Assembly (NCBI GenBank): GCA_963662405.2
Contig: CAXXKT010000001.1
Coordinates: 736,001 to 800,000, forward strand
Source: Syntrophales bacterium
Lineage (GTDB): Bacteria; Desulfobacterota; Syntrophia; Syntrophales; UBA2210
Direction of reading: 5' to 3'
DNA length: 64,000 bases
Part shown: positions 41,437 through 51,830 of the stretch, in pieces
How positions within the stretch are numbered: position 1 is the first letter of the stretch
Layout: each line of letters begins with the position of its first letter
The notes under the pieces: generated by a model
What the model was told of the DNA's origin: nothing
The model's database searches: none
The model's input: only the letters and a program-made list of their open reading frames with translations
Translations under genes and position numbers: made by a program

Positions 41437-42273
41437 ATGCCCTTTGAACTGATAAACGACGTGAGCCTCCACTACGAGGAGGCAGGTGAGGGAGCGGCGA
41501 TCCTCTTTCTGCATGGGTACACGGGGAGCACCAAGGACTGGGCTTATCAGGTGGCCCTCCTCTCTTCCCGGTACCGGGTTATAGCACTCGACCACCGCGG
41601 GCACGGCATGTCCAGCGGCCCTCATGAGGAAGAAGAATACTCGATCCCCATTTCAAGCAACGATGTATATGAACTGTTACGTCTGCTCGGCGTGGATCGG
41701 TGTTGTCTGGTCGGGCATTCGATGGGCGGATTCATCGCGCTCCAGTTTGCCCTCGATCATCCCGACATGGTGAAGGCATTGGTCCTGGTGGATACGTCGA
41801 GTGGGGCCTTTGAGGTCGCACCGGGATACCCCGAGATGCGGGCGAAAATGGACGCACTGGCGCGTGAGGAAGGGACCGAGGCGGCCTTTGAATACGAGGC
41901 CGCACACAACCCCATCAGGATTGAACGATTCAGACGGCACCCGGAATGGCGGGAGGTGGCCCGGCGCAAGGCCCTCGGCACCTCGGTGGACGCATATATC
42001 TATGTGGGGCGATCCTTCGGGAAATGGCGACCGGTCACGAACCGCCTCGGGGAGATACGGGTCCCAACCCTGATCTTCAGGGGTGAGGAAGACACCCCCT
42101 TTGTGGGAGCGACGGAAACGCTCAAGGAATTGATCGCCGGATCCGAGCTGGCGATTATTCCCGGTGCCGGGCATTCTCCCCACGAGGAGAAACCCGGTAT
42201 ATTTAATGAAATGCTGGATGCCTTTCTCGCCGCGGTGTATCGAGCCCGAGGGGAGGATCGAGATAAAGACTGA
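41437..42273 (+). CDS. Alpha/beta hydrolase
   Basis: LHGY, DHRGHG, GHSMGG, GEED, AGHSPH. Confidence 0.9.
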   Translation: MPFELINDVSLHYEEAGEGAAILFLHGYTGSTKDWAYQVALLSSRYRVIALDHRGHGMSSGPHEEEEYSIPISSNDVYELLRLLGVDRCCLVGHSMGGFIALQFALDHPDMVKALVLVDTSSGAFEVAPGYPEMRAKMDALAREEGTEAAFEYEAAHNPIRIERFRRHPEWREVARRKALGTSVDAYIYVGRSFGKWRPVTNRLGEIRVPTLIFRGEEDTPFVGATETLKELIAGSELAIIPGAGHSPHEEKPGIFNEMLDAFLAAVYRARGEDRDKD

Positions 42274-42359
42274 AATAAAGGCTTGATAAATCAAATCGTA
42301 TATCCTAGAGTGGGCAGTGAGCGGGTGCTGGATAACCTTTTATAAACAAGGAGTGTTCC

Positions 42360-42794
42360 ATGTTTAGAAAAATTTTATACCCTACCGATTTTTCAGATGT
42401 ATCGAAGAAGGCTCTCGCCGCTATTGAGGATCTTCGGACAACCGAAGATCAAGAGGTGGTCGTCATCCATGTAATCGACAGCCGAAACCTCGACGCCATG
42501 GCCCAGTATGTACCGGCCGATCTCGTGAAGACCCAGCAGGCACTTGAAAAGCTTGCGTGGGAAGAGGCACAGGCGATTACCGATCACCTCGAAAAAAAGG
42601 GGTTCACAGTCAAGGTCCGTATCGAGGAGGGGATTCCCTCACGGAATATCCTGGAAGCGGAAATCGACGAAGGCGTTTCCTGTATCGTTATCGGGTCTCA
42701 CGGAGTGAGCAACATCAAGGAGATGTTCCTTGGATCCGTTTCGGAAAAGGTCGTCAGGAAGGCCACGAATCCCGTCATTGTGATAAAACGCTAA
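42360..42794 (+). CDS. Universal stress protein
   Basis: ILYPTDFS, IVIGSHG...LGSVSEKVVR. Confidence 0.93.
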   Translation: MFRKILYPTDFSDVSKKALAAIEDLRTTEDQEVVVIHVIDSRNLDAMAQYVPADLVKTQQALEKLAWEEAQAITDHLEKKGFTVKVRIEEGIPSRNILEAEIDEGVSCIVIGSHGVSNIKEMFLGSVSEKVVRKATNPVIVIKR

Positions 42795-42959
42795 GGTTAA
42801 TGATATATATAATACACATTCCCCGTTTCAGAACTGCCGTATCGACACTCAAGTGAACCTGGTTGAACGATTTGAGCGTTGAGCTCTGCATATCGAAGGA
42901 TGGAGAAAGTGTATATGGTGCCATTCACATGTCGCGACTCACAACGGATACCGACCCCC

Positions 42960-43285
42960 TGCCCGAAGATTGCACTCTCATCCCAAGACGATGTCGATTC
43001 CGACAAGATTCCCTTGGCCGGTCCCCCACGTCTCAGAGAGACGGCCAGTAAACGAATGGGGATTTTCAGATTTATACCTTCGGTACACCGCTGGTGCTCT
43101 CCAATGTGAACATGGAGGGAAACAGGCCCGCCGAGTGGAATCCTTCGGGGCGGCGCGAGGAGTTTCGAAGACTCAAAGGAGACGCTATCAGGTACAACCT
43201 CCGGGAGGGCGATGGCACGATGCGCGACCGCATGCCGGGGTGCCGCCATCCAGTGCTCGATCATTTATAACGGCTCCGACAAGGA
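42960..43285 (+). pseudogene. Probable decayed fragment of a W/Mo aldehyde:ferredoxin oxidoreductase
   Basis: Pieces in shifting frames (FGTPLVLSNVN; MPGC, one extra C, then AIQCSIIYN) resemble the AOR CMPGCxIxCS region; boundaries approximate. Confidence 0.45.
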
Positions 43286-43504
43286 TCTCTCATGGACGCT
43301 GAAACGCTGGACAAACCTGGAGGAGGACCTGTCGCGGATCGTCTTCGAGGCATCGAAGGGCGTGGGCAATATCGTCGGTAATCCCATTCCCCTCAAGGGA
43401 CTCCACTCTCTGGCATTGCTGAAGGGATTTTATTTACGAAATCAACGAGACACTCAGGGTACGCTCTCGGGTAACAGGACATGGGATCGTTTTAACAGAA
43501 AGTG

Positions 43505-44539
43505 TCAGGGTGAAACACCTTTTGCTTCCATCCCCGAGTCATGGGCAACACGGGCGCGTCCCTTCCGTTTTGCCTGATACATCAGGTTGTCAATCCGTGT
43601 AAGGAGGGCGTCGGTACTCTCACCTCTCCGGTATTGGGTGACGCCGAAGCTTGCCGTCAGTTCTCCGATCTCGGGAAAGGGGAAATCCCGCATCTGTTTC
43701 AGGAGGGCCTCTCCCAGCGGTATCGCCTGTGAAAGGTGGGTATTGGCAAGCAAGATCAGAAACTCCTCTCCTCCCCACCGGGCCAGGATATCCGACGCAC
43801 GGATACGATCCCGGATCGATTTAACCAGCCCTTCCAGCACCCGATCCCCCGTTTCATGACCGAAACGATCGTTGACGACCTTAAAGTGATCGATGTCCAG
43901 CATGATGAGGGAAAGCGGGACGTCATACCGATCGCTCCGTCCCATCTCCCGATGTAATTCTTCCATGAAATGACGGCGGTTAAAGGCACCGGTCAGAGGG
44001 TCCGTCACCGCCAGTTTGCGAAGCTCCTCGTGGAGACGTTTGCGCTCCGTCACATCCCGACTGACTCCGAGGATTGCCACGGGACGACCATTATCGTCCC
44101 GCAGGAAGGACAGGACATTTTCGATCCAGACAATCGAGCGGTCCTGACGGTATTCTTCGATCTCGATTGTGCGCGTGCGCTGTAAATCGGTGCCGCTTGC
44201 TTCACGGTTCAACTCTTCATCAAGGATTTTCGTCACCATTGCCAGGGAATGGGGAGGCATGACCTCGTCGATTCCCTGCGCCATCGTTTCTTCCGGTGTG
44301 GATCCATAGAGCTGCATGACCGACGGGCTAACATAGGTAAAACGGAGGGTTTCCAGGTCCATTATCCAGAGACAATCGCCGGAATGATCGGCGATTGAAC
44401 GGTATTTCTGCTCGTTCTCACGGAGTTCCCTATTGATTTCGTGGAGTACCGAGAGCTCCGCTTCCAGTTCTGCTACTCGACGACGCACCGGTTCCACTTC
44501 CTGATCCCCTTGTGCGGGATTGTCGCTGTGCTTGATCAT
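43505..44539 (-). CDS. PAS-domain diguanylate cyclase
   Basis: PAS/PAC, DPLTGAFNRR, DIDHFK, RASD I-site, RWGGEEF. Confidence 0.92.
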   Translation of the reverse strand: MIKHSDNPAQGDQEVEPVRRRVAELEAELSVLHEINRELRENEQKYRSIADHSGDCLWIMDLETLRFTYVSPSVMQLYGSTPEETMAQGIDEVMPPHSLAMVTKILDEELNREASGTDLQRTRTIEIEEYRQDRSIVWIENVLSFLRDDNGRPVAILGVSRDVTERKRLHEELRKLAVTDPLTGAFNRRHFMEELHREMGRSDRYDVPLSLIMLDIDHFKVVNDRFGHETGDRVLEGLVKSIRDRIRASDILARWGGEEFLILLANTHLSQAIPLGEALLKQMRDFPFPEIGELTASFGVTQYRRGESTDALLTRIDNLMYQAKRKGRARVAHDSGMEAKGVSP

Positions 44540-44869
44540 AGAGATAAATCCTCTCCCCCTTCTCAGTCGCAAACCACCCCATGCCGGGCGCCTCTGCCAT
44601 GATCCTGCCGGTAATTGCAAGGTTCGTTCTTTTGTTCTGTTGGTCCCTGACAGAGAGATATGGACACCGGAAAAGCAACGCAATGTTCACAAAAGAACAA
44701 ACACACAAGATGCCGCATGTCAACGAAAATTTACGGGGCGCTGAAAATCCCTTCGGGGGGCCACCTGGATTTGAATACCATAATATTCGTGAATATCTAT
44801 AAATAACTTATGCACGAAAAGAATATACCGAATAGACATGCCGCCCCATTTGGCGGCTGTTATGAAGCA

Positions 44870-45094
44870 TTATACCGGGCATTTTTGCCACTCTTGCGGG
44901 GAAGACAAACATCGTGAGAGACAATCGGCGTATTTCGTCCGGTCTATCGTGGCATTCTCCGGGATAAGCGCTGCCTCGACCCACCGCTCCGGGGGGACAA
45001 TGCCGCGGTATGCCTCTGCGGTGTTATTGATGACCTCATAGACCATCTTGAAACCGGACCCCCTCCACGGCCTGACACCAGCCATTGCCGTCAT
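44870..45094 (-). pseudogene. Truncated GNAT acetyltransferase remnant
   Basis: VYEVINNTAEAYRGIVPPERW resembles the IINDAAxAYxGVIPxDRW N-terminus of a GNAT family; similarity then stops. Confidence 0.45.
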
Positions 45095-45138
45095 GCGGTG
45101 TCATGATCTTCCCGTACGTTTCGGTGGACGGCGGCCTC

Positions 45139-45582
45139 TCAGATCCTGAGGAGCTGGAATCCCAGATCCGGGTCCAGGACACGCGCACCGGCCGTGTCTG
45201 TCAGTTCGAAGAGGACAACTTCCAAGATCTGCCAGACCCTGATGCCGTTACGGATACATCCCGTGATCGTATGATTTCCCCTCCCGCATGCCAGGTGTAT
45301 ATGTACCATTGGGTTGCCCTCTTCATCCGGAAAGAGCGTCCCGGTCCCCGCAACCTCATGCACATCCCCCAGGATATACGTTGCCGGTCTGACGGGGCGA
45401 GCATCTGCCCGCTCGGGACCGACAACAACCCGGCTGCCTCCGGCTGCCCCGCCGACGATGATCAACGCGCCAGCGGTTATTCCCTTTTCGCGGGCGAACC
45501 GTTCGATCTCTTCGTGAATCACCTCCCCGTCCTCCAGTCTGAGCACAAAGGTTCGGCCCTGCCATGCCTGTGAATATTGCAT
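45139..45582 (-). CDS. PPC/DUF296 domain protein
   Basis: FVLRLEDGE, HEVAGTGT, VHIHLACG; GGAGG RBS. Confidence 0.88.
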   Translation of the reverse strand: MQYSQAWQGRTFVLRLEDGEVIHEEIERFAREKGITAGALIIVGGAAGGSRVVVGPERADARPVRPATYILGDVHEVAGTGTLFPDEEGNPMVHIHLACGRGNHTITGCIRNGIRVWQILEVVLFELTDTAGARVLDPDLGFQLLRI

Positions 45583-45631
45583 CGTCCGTGTACCTCCTAT
45601 GGACATTTTGCTTGAGCACACTCGCTGCACT

Positions 45632-47146
45632 TCAAGCGCGACGGCTCCGTTCTCTCAGTTCCTTTTTCAATACCTTCCCCACCAGGCTCTTGGGGAGGGC
45701 ATCCAGAAACTCGATCTCCTTGGGCGATTTAAAGTGCTTCAACCGCTCCACACAGTCAGAAACAATCTCTTCCGGTTCGGCACTCACTCCGGGCATCAGG
45801 ACTACAAAAGCCTTAATATCATCGGCATAGACGGAATCATCTATGCCGATGACTGCGGCCTCCGAAACCTTCGGGTGCGAAAAGATGACCTCCTCGATCT
45901 CGCGCGGGGCGATATTCTCACCTCCCTTGATGATAATATCCTTTTTGCGTTCGGTAATAAAGAAATATCCGTTCTCGTCGCGGTAGCCGAGATCTCCCGT
46001 GTAGAGCCACCCGTCTTTCAGCGCCTCGGCCGTCTCATCGGGTTTATTCCAGTACCCCATCATCAGCATGGGACCTGAAAAAATAATCTCCCCTTCCTGC
46101 CCCGGGGGGGGAGTTCAGTCCTTTGAAAATCAACTATTTTCATCAGGGTCCCCTTCATCGGCCGTCCAATGGACCCGATCTTTTTTGCCCTATCCAGGGG
46201 ATTGGTGGCGTTGTTGGCGCCGGCTTCGGTCAGCCCCCACCCTTCCGTGATCTCATACCCAAAGGCCTCCTTGAATCTGTTCCAGGTGTCGAGGGTGAGT
46301 GGCGCCGAACCACACGACCAGCATTGCATTGAGCTGATGTCATATTTCCGGAGTTCGGGTATGAGCAGCATGTAGACATACATCGTCGGGACCCCCGCCA
46401 TGATATTGGCCCGGTATTGTTCAATAGCGGCAAAGACCCGAACGGGATCGAATGCATTCAAGAGAACCGCCCTGCCTCCCCCGAGAAAAGCGCGGTAATT
46501 CATGCTGGCAATCCCATATGAATGACAAAGAGGGAGGACCCCTATAGCGACCGGGCGGCAGATTGATGGTTTCATGTTGCATCCTGGCGTTGTGATAGAG
46601 ACTGGCATGGGTGTGCATGACCCCCTTGGGGACCCCCGTGGTTCCCGCCGTATAGATCAGCGCAGCAAGATCATCATCGTCGGTCTCTTCGATCACAAGA
46701 ACATCTCCACTCTTATCAACAAGATCCTTGAAGGAGAGCATCTGCGAGGGCACCTCGTCGCCGATCAGAATGACATTTTTGAGAGCCGGGGCGCGAGTAC
46801 GGCAGGTCTCGATCTTTGAAAGAAACTCCGGGGTGCTGATGATCGTCTCCGCCCCCGTATCCTGATAGATGTAGGCGGTTTCCATATCCCCAACCAGAAA
46901 GTTGATAGGAACGCCCACGGCACCGATCGCGTACACCGCCTGAAAGGCCTGCGCCACTTCGGGGCAGTTGGGCATCTGTATGATAACCCGGTCTCCCCGG
47001 TGGACCCTCAGTTCTTTCAGGGCATTTCCGAGGCGTGACGCGGCCCGCAGCATCTCTGCATTGGTGAACTCGCGATCCTCGAATATCAGGGATACATGTT
47101 TACCGAATTGTTCAAACTCCTTGTTTGCCAGTTCAGCAATATTCAT
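45632..47146 (-). pseudogene. Long-chain acyl-CoA ligase split by two frameshifts (near 46555 and 46104-46111)
   Basis: Three overlapping ORFs carry consecutive motifs YTAGTTGVPKG, EGWGLTE, and WLYTGDLG...GKVLKKEL. Confidence 0.85.
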
Positions 47147-47247
47147 TCTCCCCTCCTTGTTCCGATACCGAGATGGTCTGACGTGATCTACATCCGTGAG
47201 AAAGGCGGATGCGGTGCCCCCCGATACCGCACCCATCTCACCGCCGG

Positions 47248-48063
47248 TTACCCGTCAAAGAAACCGTTGAGGAATGCGCCAACGCGTTCAAATGCCTCCC
47301 GATCCTGAAGAAAAAACAGGTGTCCCCCTTCGAATAGTTCAAGGCGTGCCTGTAAAATCCTCCCCCGTATCGCCTCGAGGTTGGCGGGAGGGGCAATCCC
47401 GTCATAGCGGCCCCCGCAGATAAAGACCGGCATCCGGAGGGAAAAAAGGCGGTCGAAGGTGTCGTGTCCCTTCCGCGCCTCGATCTGACTCCGGGCACCC
47501 ATTTCCCGCCCCGGGTCATTTCCCCCCACCGTCATGGACTGCTCGGCCTGATCCACGAGTTTTTCAAGTCGTTGAGGGTGGGCCGCCTGCCAGGCGGCGT
47601 CACGACGCGTATCACCAAGGAGAACCATGTGCAGGGCCCGTTCCCGCACCGACAGTGCCTCCATCTCATGAAGTGGATACGAGTCACCCCCGGCGCCGCC
47701 GGAGCTGGTGCATGCCAGCACGAGCCGCTCGACCCGGTGCGGGAACCGAAGGGCAAATTCCTGGGCCACCATGCCCCCGAACGATACCCCCATGACAAGG
47801 CATTGGCCCCACCCCACCGCTGCCAGCAGGGCGTCGGCATCAATGGCATAGTCCGCCATGGTATACGGTGCGGCCGGTTTGTCGGTTTGACCAAGACCGC
47901 GCTGGTCATAGGCGAGGATCTCGAACCTGGTTGCGAGAGGAGAGTCGAAGATAGAGGGTCGCTGCCGCAGATCACCCCCGCTTCCGCCGATGTAAAGCAA
48001 GCGCCGTCCCGTACCATGGATTTCATAGTACATCCGTATGTCACGAACAACTGCGAAGGGCAT
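47248..48063 (-). CDS. Alpha/beta hydrolase
   Basis: DQRGLG, GVSFGG, GRYDG, GGHLFF. Confidence 0.88.
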   Translation of the reverse strand: MPFAVVRDIRMYYEIHGTGRRLLYIGGSGGDLRQRPSIFDSPLATRFEILAYDQRGLGQTDKPAAPYTMADYAIDADALLAAVGWGQCLVMGVSFGGMVAQEFALRFPHRVERLVLACTSSGGAGGDSYPLHEMEALSVRERALHMVLLGDTRRDAAWQAAHPQRLEKLVDQAEQSMTVGGNDPGREMGARSQIEARKGHDTFDRLFSLRMPVFICGGRYDGIAPPANLEAIRGRILQARLELFEGGHLFFLQDREAFERVGAFLNGFFDG

Positions 48064-48475
48064 GGAGATCCCCTCCCATAGTGCCCATTGTACCGGTGTG
48101 CCGCGGTTCGTTCACCGTTGAGGATAAATCGTTGCGGTTGATTCACATAGGCTGGCTGTGTCTGAAGATGGTAAACGATTCCCCCCTGTTCAGTAACCCG
48201 CGGCCATCTTTACTGTAACAGGGCACCGAGGAAGGTGTCAACAGGAAACGGCCAGTGTAAACAAGCGGTATAAGAACGGTATGCAGGATATCAGCCCGGA
48301 ACATTCCCTACGCAGGCGCTCCGCCGCGCTCAACGGGTGCAGGCACGTCTCAAGGTCCATGGTGACACGTTGAGTCTTCTAATCCTCTGTCGGGATCCAT
48401 TTTTGGATCCATTTTTGGCTTGACAACAGGGAAAAGCTGTGTTTCTATGAGCAGAAACAGGGCGGCAGGATTAAC

Positions 48476-48544
48476 ATGGCATACGGAACTGAAGATTCTC
48501 GGTTTTTCTGGTGGTGGCGGGTCTGCATCGATCTGTCCACATAG
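48476..48544 (+). CDS. trpL: Tryptophan attenuator leader peptide MAYGTEDSRFFWWWRVCIDLST
   Basis: CAGGA RBS, ATG 48476, TGG TGG TGG at 48509-48517, TAG 48542-48544; upstream of trpB2. Confidence 0.85.
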   Translation: MAYGTEDSRFFWWWRVCIDLST

Positions 48545-48561
48545 ATGCCGGAGCATGTGTC

Positions 48562-48593
48562 GGCCGTGGGCGGAGAGTCCCACGGCTTTTTTT
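48562..48593 (+). terminator. Attenuator terminator 1
   Basis: GCCGTGGG-N8-CCCACGGC-TTTTTTT. Confidence 0.88.
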
Positions 48594-48603
48594 ATTCGTA
48601 TGA

Positions 48604-48638
48604 AACGCCATGGGATCTTCTCATGGCGTTATTTTTTT
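48604..48638 (+). terminator. Second terminator-like hairpin in the trpB2 leader
   Basis: AACGCCATGGG-ATCTT-CTCATGGCGTT-A-TTTTTTT. Confidence 0.72.
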
Positions 48639-48661
48639 ATTGAATCAAAGGAGGGAATAAT

Positions 48662-50023
48662 ATGAGGCAGGTAAAGGTGTTTTTGAATGAGGAGGAGATC
48701 CCCAGGCAATGGTACAATATCATGGCTGATATGCCGACCCCGATGAGCCCGCCCCTTCACCCGGGAACGGGGCAACCGCTGAAGCCTGAAGATATGGCCC
48801 CGATCTTCCCCATGAACCTGATCGAGCAGGAGATGAGTACTGACCGGTGGATCGATATCCCCGAAGAGGTCCTTGAGAAGTATATGCTCTGGCGGCCGAC
48901 CCCGCTCTACCGGGCATACAATCTGGAAAAGCTCCTCGATGCCCCGGTGAAGATCTACTATAAACATGAAGGGGTCAGCCCCGCCGGTTCACACAAGCCG
49001 AATACCGCCGTCGCCCAGGCGTATTATAACAAGGCCTTCGGGATCAAAAAGATCTCGACGGAGACCGGCGCCGGCCAGTGGGGGAGCGCTCTGAGCATGG
49101 CCTGCAACATGTTCGGCCTGGAATGCCGGGTCTTCATGGTTCGGGTCAGCTACGACCAGAAGCCGTACCGCCGCCTGATGATGCAGACATGGGGGGCCAA
49201 GTGCTTTCCCAGTCCGAGCGACCTGACCGAGACGGGGCGCAAGATCCTCGCCGAGAACCCCGATTCACCGGGTAGTCTGGGGATCGCCATCAGTGAGGCG
49301 ATTGAAGACGGCGTCGGAAAAGAAGATTCGCGCTATTCCCTGGGGAGCGTCCTGAATCACGTCATGCTCCACCAGACGATTATCGGGCTCGAGGCCCAGA
49401 AACAATTCGACAAGATCGGCGAATATCCGGATGTCGTGATCGGGTGTGCCGGCGGTGGAAGCAATTTCGCCGGGGCGGCCCTGCCCTTCGCACGGGACAA
49501 GATACACGGCAGGGACATAGCGATCATCGCGGCGGAGCCGTCATCCTGTCCGACCCTTACGAGGGCACCCTATGGGTACGATTTCGGGGACCTGGCAATG
49601 ACGACACCCCTCCTCGCCATGTACTCACTCGGGCACGATTTCGTCCCGGCCCCGATCCACGCCGGAGGGCTCCGATACCACGGGATGGCACCGATTGTCA
49701 GTCACCTTGTGAAGGAGCGGGTCATCGAGGCTCGATCGTACCACCAACTCGAGACCTTCGACGCGGGGATCAAGTGGGCACGGTCCGAGGCATTCATCCC
49801 CGCTCCCGAGACGAACCACGCCATTGCGGCAGTGATTCAGGAGGCCCAGCGGGCAAAGGAAGAAGGAAAAGAAAAGGTCATCTTCTTCAACTGGAGCGGA
49901 CACGGGCTGATTGACCTTGCATCATACGACGCCTACCTGTCCGGTAAACTGACCGATTATCAGCTTCCGGACGACGAGATCGAGCGGGCGAAGAAGACCA
50001 TCGGGCAATTTCCCACACCGTAA
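48662..50023 (+). CDS. trpB2: Stand-alone tryptophan synthase beta chain, type 2
   Basis: [11 protein letters not shown]-lysine, [32 protein letters not shown]; no adjacent trpA. Confidence 0.93.
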   Translation: MRQVKVFLNEEEIPRQWYNIMADMPTPMSPPLHPGTGQPLKPEDMAPIFPMNLIEQEMSTDRWIDIPEEVLEKYMLWRPTPLYRAYNLEKLLDAPVKIYYKHEGVSPAGSHKPNTAVAQAYYNKAFGIKKISTETGAGQWGSALSMACNMFGLECRVFMVRVSYDQKPYRRLMMQTWGAKCFPSPSDLTETGRKILAENPDSPGSLGIAISEAIEDGVGKEDSRYSLGSVLNHVMLHQTIIGLEAQKQFDKIGEYPDVVIGCAGGGSNFAGAALPFARDKIHGRDIAIIAAEPSSCPTLTRAPYGYDFGDLAMTTPLLAMYSLGHDFVPAPIHAGGLRYHGMAPIVSHLVKERVIEARSYHQLETFDAGIKWARSEAFIPAPETNHAIAAVIQEAQRAKEEGKEKVIFFNWSGHGLIDLASYDAYLSGKLTDYQLPDDEIERAKKTIGQFPTP

Positions 50024-50083
50024 GGTGTCTGTTGATGGACTGCGGCGCGGGACGGATCACCGTGTCCGGTCAGAGGAATCGTC

Positions 50084-50344
50084 ATGGATCGATTTGATCA
50101 TCTGGTGCTGCGCTGTCCCCGGCTGGGAGGGGAGGTCACCTTTGCCTACTGCAGGCGCGAACAGGGTGTTCTCCCCTGCCGGATGATACTCCGGTGCTGG
50201 GAGGAATTGATACCGGCGGAGCAACATCTGAGAAGATATCTCTCCGATGAGGAGTGGAACCGCTCGTTCAATGTCCCCCCCAAGGACAAGATGGCTACCA
50301 TCATTGAGATAGCGGATGCCGTACAAAAGCGGAAGGGGATGTAG
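50084..50344 (+). CDS. Small Cys-rich hypothetical protein
   Basis: CPRLG...YCR...LPCRMILRCW; GAGG RBS. Confidence 0.7.
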   Translation: MDRFDHLVLRCPRLGGEVTFAYCRREQGVLPCRMILRCWEELIPAEQHLRRYLSDEEWNRSFNVPPKDKMATIIEIADAVQKRKGM

Positions 50345-50427
50345 AATCATCCCGAAGTATGGTATGGTGTCCCGGTTCCTGATGGGTAGGCGGAACCGGA
50401 ATGAATCCTTGCGGGGCACGACAGCAT

Positions 50428-51777
50428 ATGGATCTCTTTGAGGAGCACGACAGAAAGGCGGCGGTGATGGTCCCCCCCCTGGCGGAGAGGATGCGGCCTG
50501 AAACCCTTGATGATTTTCAGGGACAGACCGGCATTCTCGGTCCGGACAGTCTGCTCCGCCGTGCCATCGCCGATGACAAGCTCTTCTCGGTCATCTTCTG
50601 GGGCCCCCCCGGCTCCGGGAAGACGACCCTGGCTCGTATCATTGCCCATGAAACGAAGTCCCATTTTGAGACGATCTCCGCCGTCCTCGCCGGGGTCAAG
50701 GATATCAAGGCAATTATCGCCGAGGCACAGGTGCAGCTCCGGCATCATAAGAAGACGATCCTGTTTGTCGATGAGATCCACCGCTTTAACAAGGCACAGC
50801 AGGACGCTTTTCTCCCCCATGTCGAAAGCGGTCTGATAACCCTGATCGGCGCCACCACGGAAAATCCTTCATTTGAGGTCATTGCTCCCCTCCTGTCCCG
50901 GGCGCGGGTCATGGTCCTCGAGCCCTATTCACCGAAAGACCTGACCGCTATCCTGAAGCAGGCGCTGGAGGAGAAGGAACGCGGGCTCGGTTCCCTCTCG
51001 CTGTCGGTGGCTGACGAGGCCCTCGAACACATGGTATGGACGGCGGACGGAGATGCCCGCACCGCACTCAACAACCTGGAGGTCGCGGCATCACTGGTCG
51101 GAGAGGGCGGACAGATCACTCTCCGGATGGTGGAGGAGGCTCTGCAGCGAAAGGCCCTGCAGTACGATAAAAAAGGGGAGGAACACTACAATCTCATATC
51201 GGCCCTCCACAAGAGTCTCAGGGGAAGCGATCCGGATGCCGCGCTCTACTGGTTGGGACGGATGCTCGAGGCGGGTGAAGACCCCCTCTTTATCCTCCGG
51301 AGGATGATCCGTTTTGCCTCCGAAGATGTGGGAAACGCCGATCCCACCGCGCTGAGTGTTGCCGTATCGGCACTCCAAGCGTTTCAGTGTATCGGGCTCC
51401 CCGAGGGGGAGCTTGCCCTGGCACAGACGGCGGTCTATCTCGCGACCGCACCGAAGAGTAATGCCCTCTATACCGGTTTCAGTGCGGTGAAGAAAGAGAT
51501 ACGCCGGACCGGCGCGCTTCCCGTTCCTCTCCACATTCGTAATGCGCCGACACGTCTGATGAAGGACCTGGGCTACGGGAAAGGATATCAATATGCCCAT
51601 AACTTCCCCGATGCACACGTCCCCCAGGAATATCTGCCCGAGAAGCTCCGCGGTCGTGCCTATTATTCGCCGACTAACAGGGGATATGAAAAGATTATCC
51701 GGGACAGGCTTCAAAAATGGTACGAGATCCGGAGGAAACTCCGCGCCGGCACGAAAGACGATACGGCAGAGCGTTGA
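50428..51777 (+). CDS. rarA: Replication-associated recombination protein A (MgsA)
   Basis: [38 protein letters not shown]. Confidence 0.96.
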   Translation: MDLFEEHDRKAAVMVPPLAERMRPETLDDFQGQTGILGPDSLLRRAIADDKLFSVIFWGPPGSGKTTLARIIAHETKSHFETISAVLAGVKDIKAIIAEAQVQLRHHKKTILFVDEIHRFNKAQQDAFLPHVESGLITLIGATTENPSFEVIAPLLSRARVMVLEPYSPKDLTAILKQALEEKERGLGSLSLSVADEALEHMVWTADGDARTALNNLEVAASLVGEGGQITLRMVEEALQRKALQYDKKGEEHYNLISALHKSLRGSDPDAALYWLGRMLEAGEDPLFILRRMIRFASEDVGNADPTALSVAVSALQAFQCIGLPEGELALAQTAVYLATAPKSNALYTGFSAVKKEIRRTGALPVPLHIRNAPTRLMKDLGYGKGYQYAHNFPDAHVPQEYLPEKLRGRAYYSPTNRGYEKIIRDRLQKWYEIRRKLRAGTKDDTAER

Positions 51778-51830
51778 AGGGAACCTCCGTTCCCCTCGGA
51801 TTCCGCCTGATCAAGGGTGAGAGGAGCACC

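Noticed and set aside
48392..48417. GGATCCATTTTT repeated twice just upstream of the trpL -35 box
   Set aside because: Only two copies; it could be a chance duplication and nothing supports an operator role.
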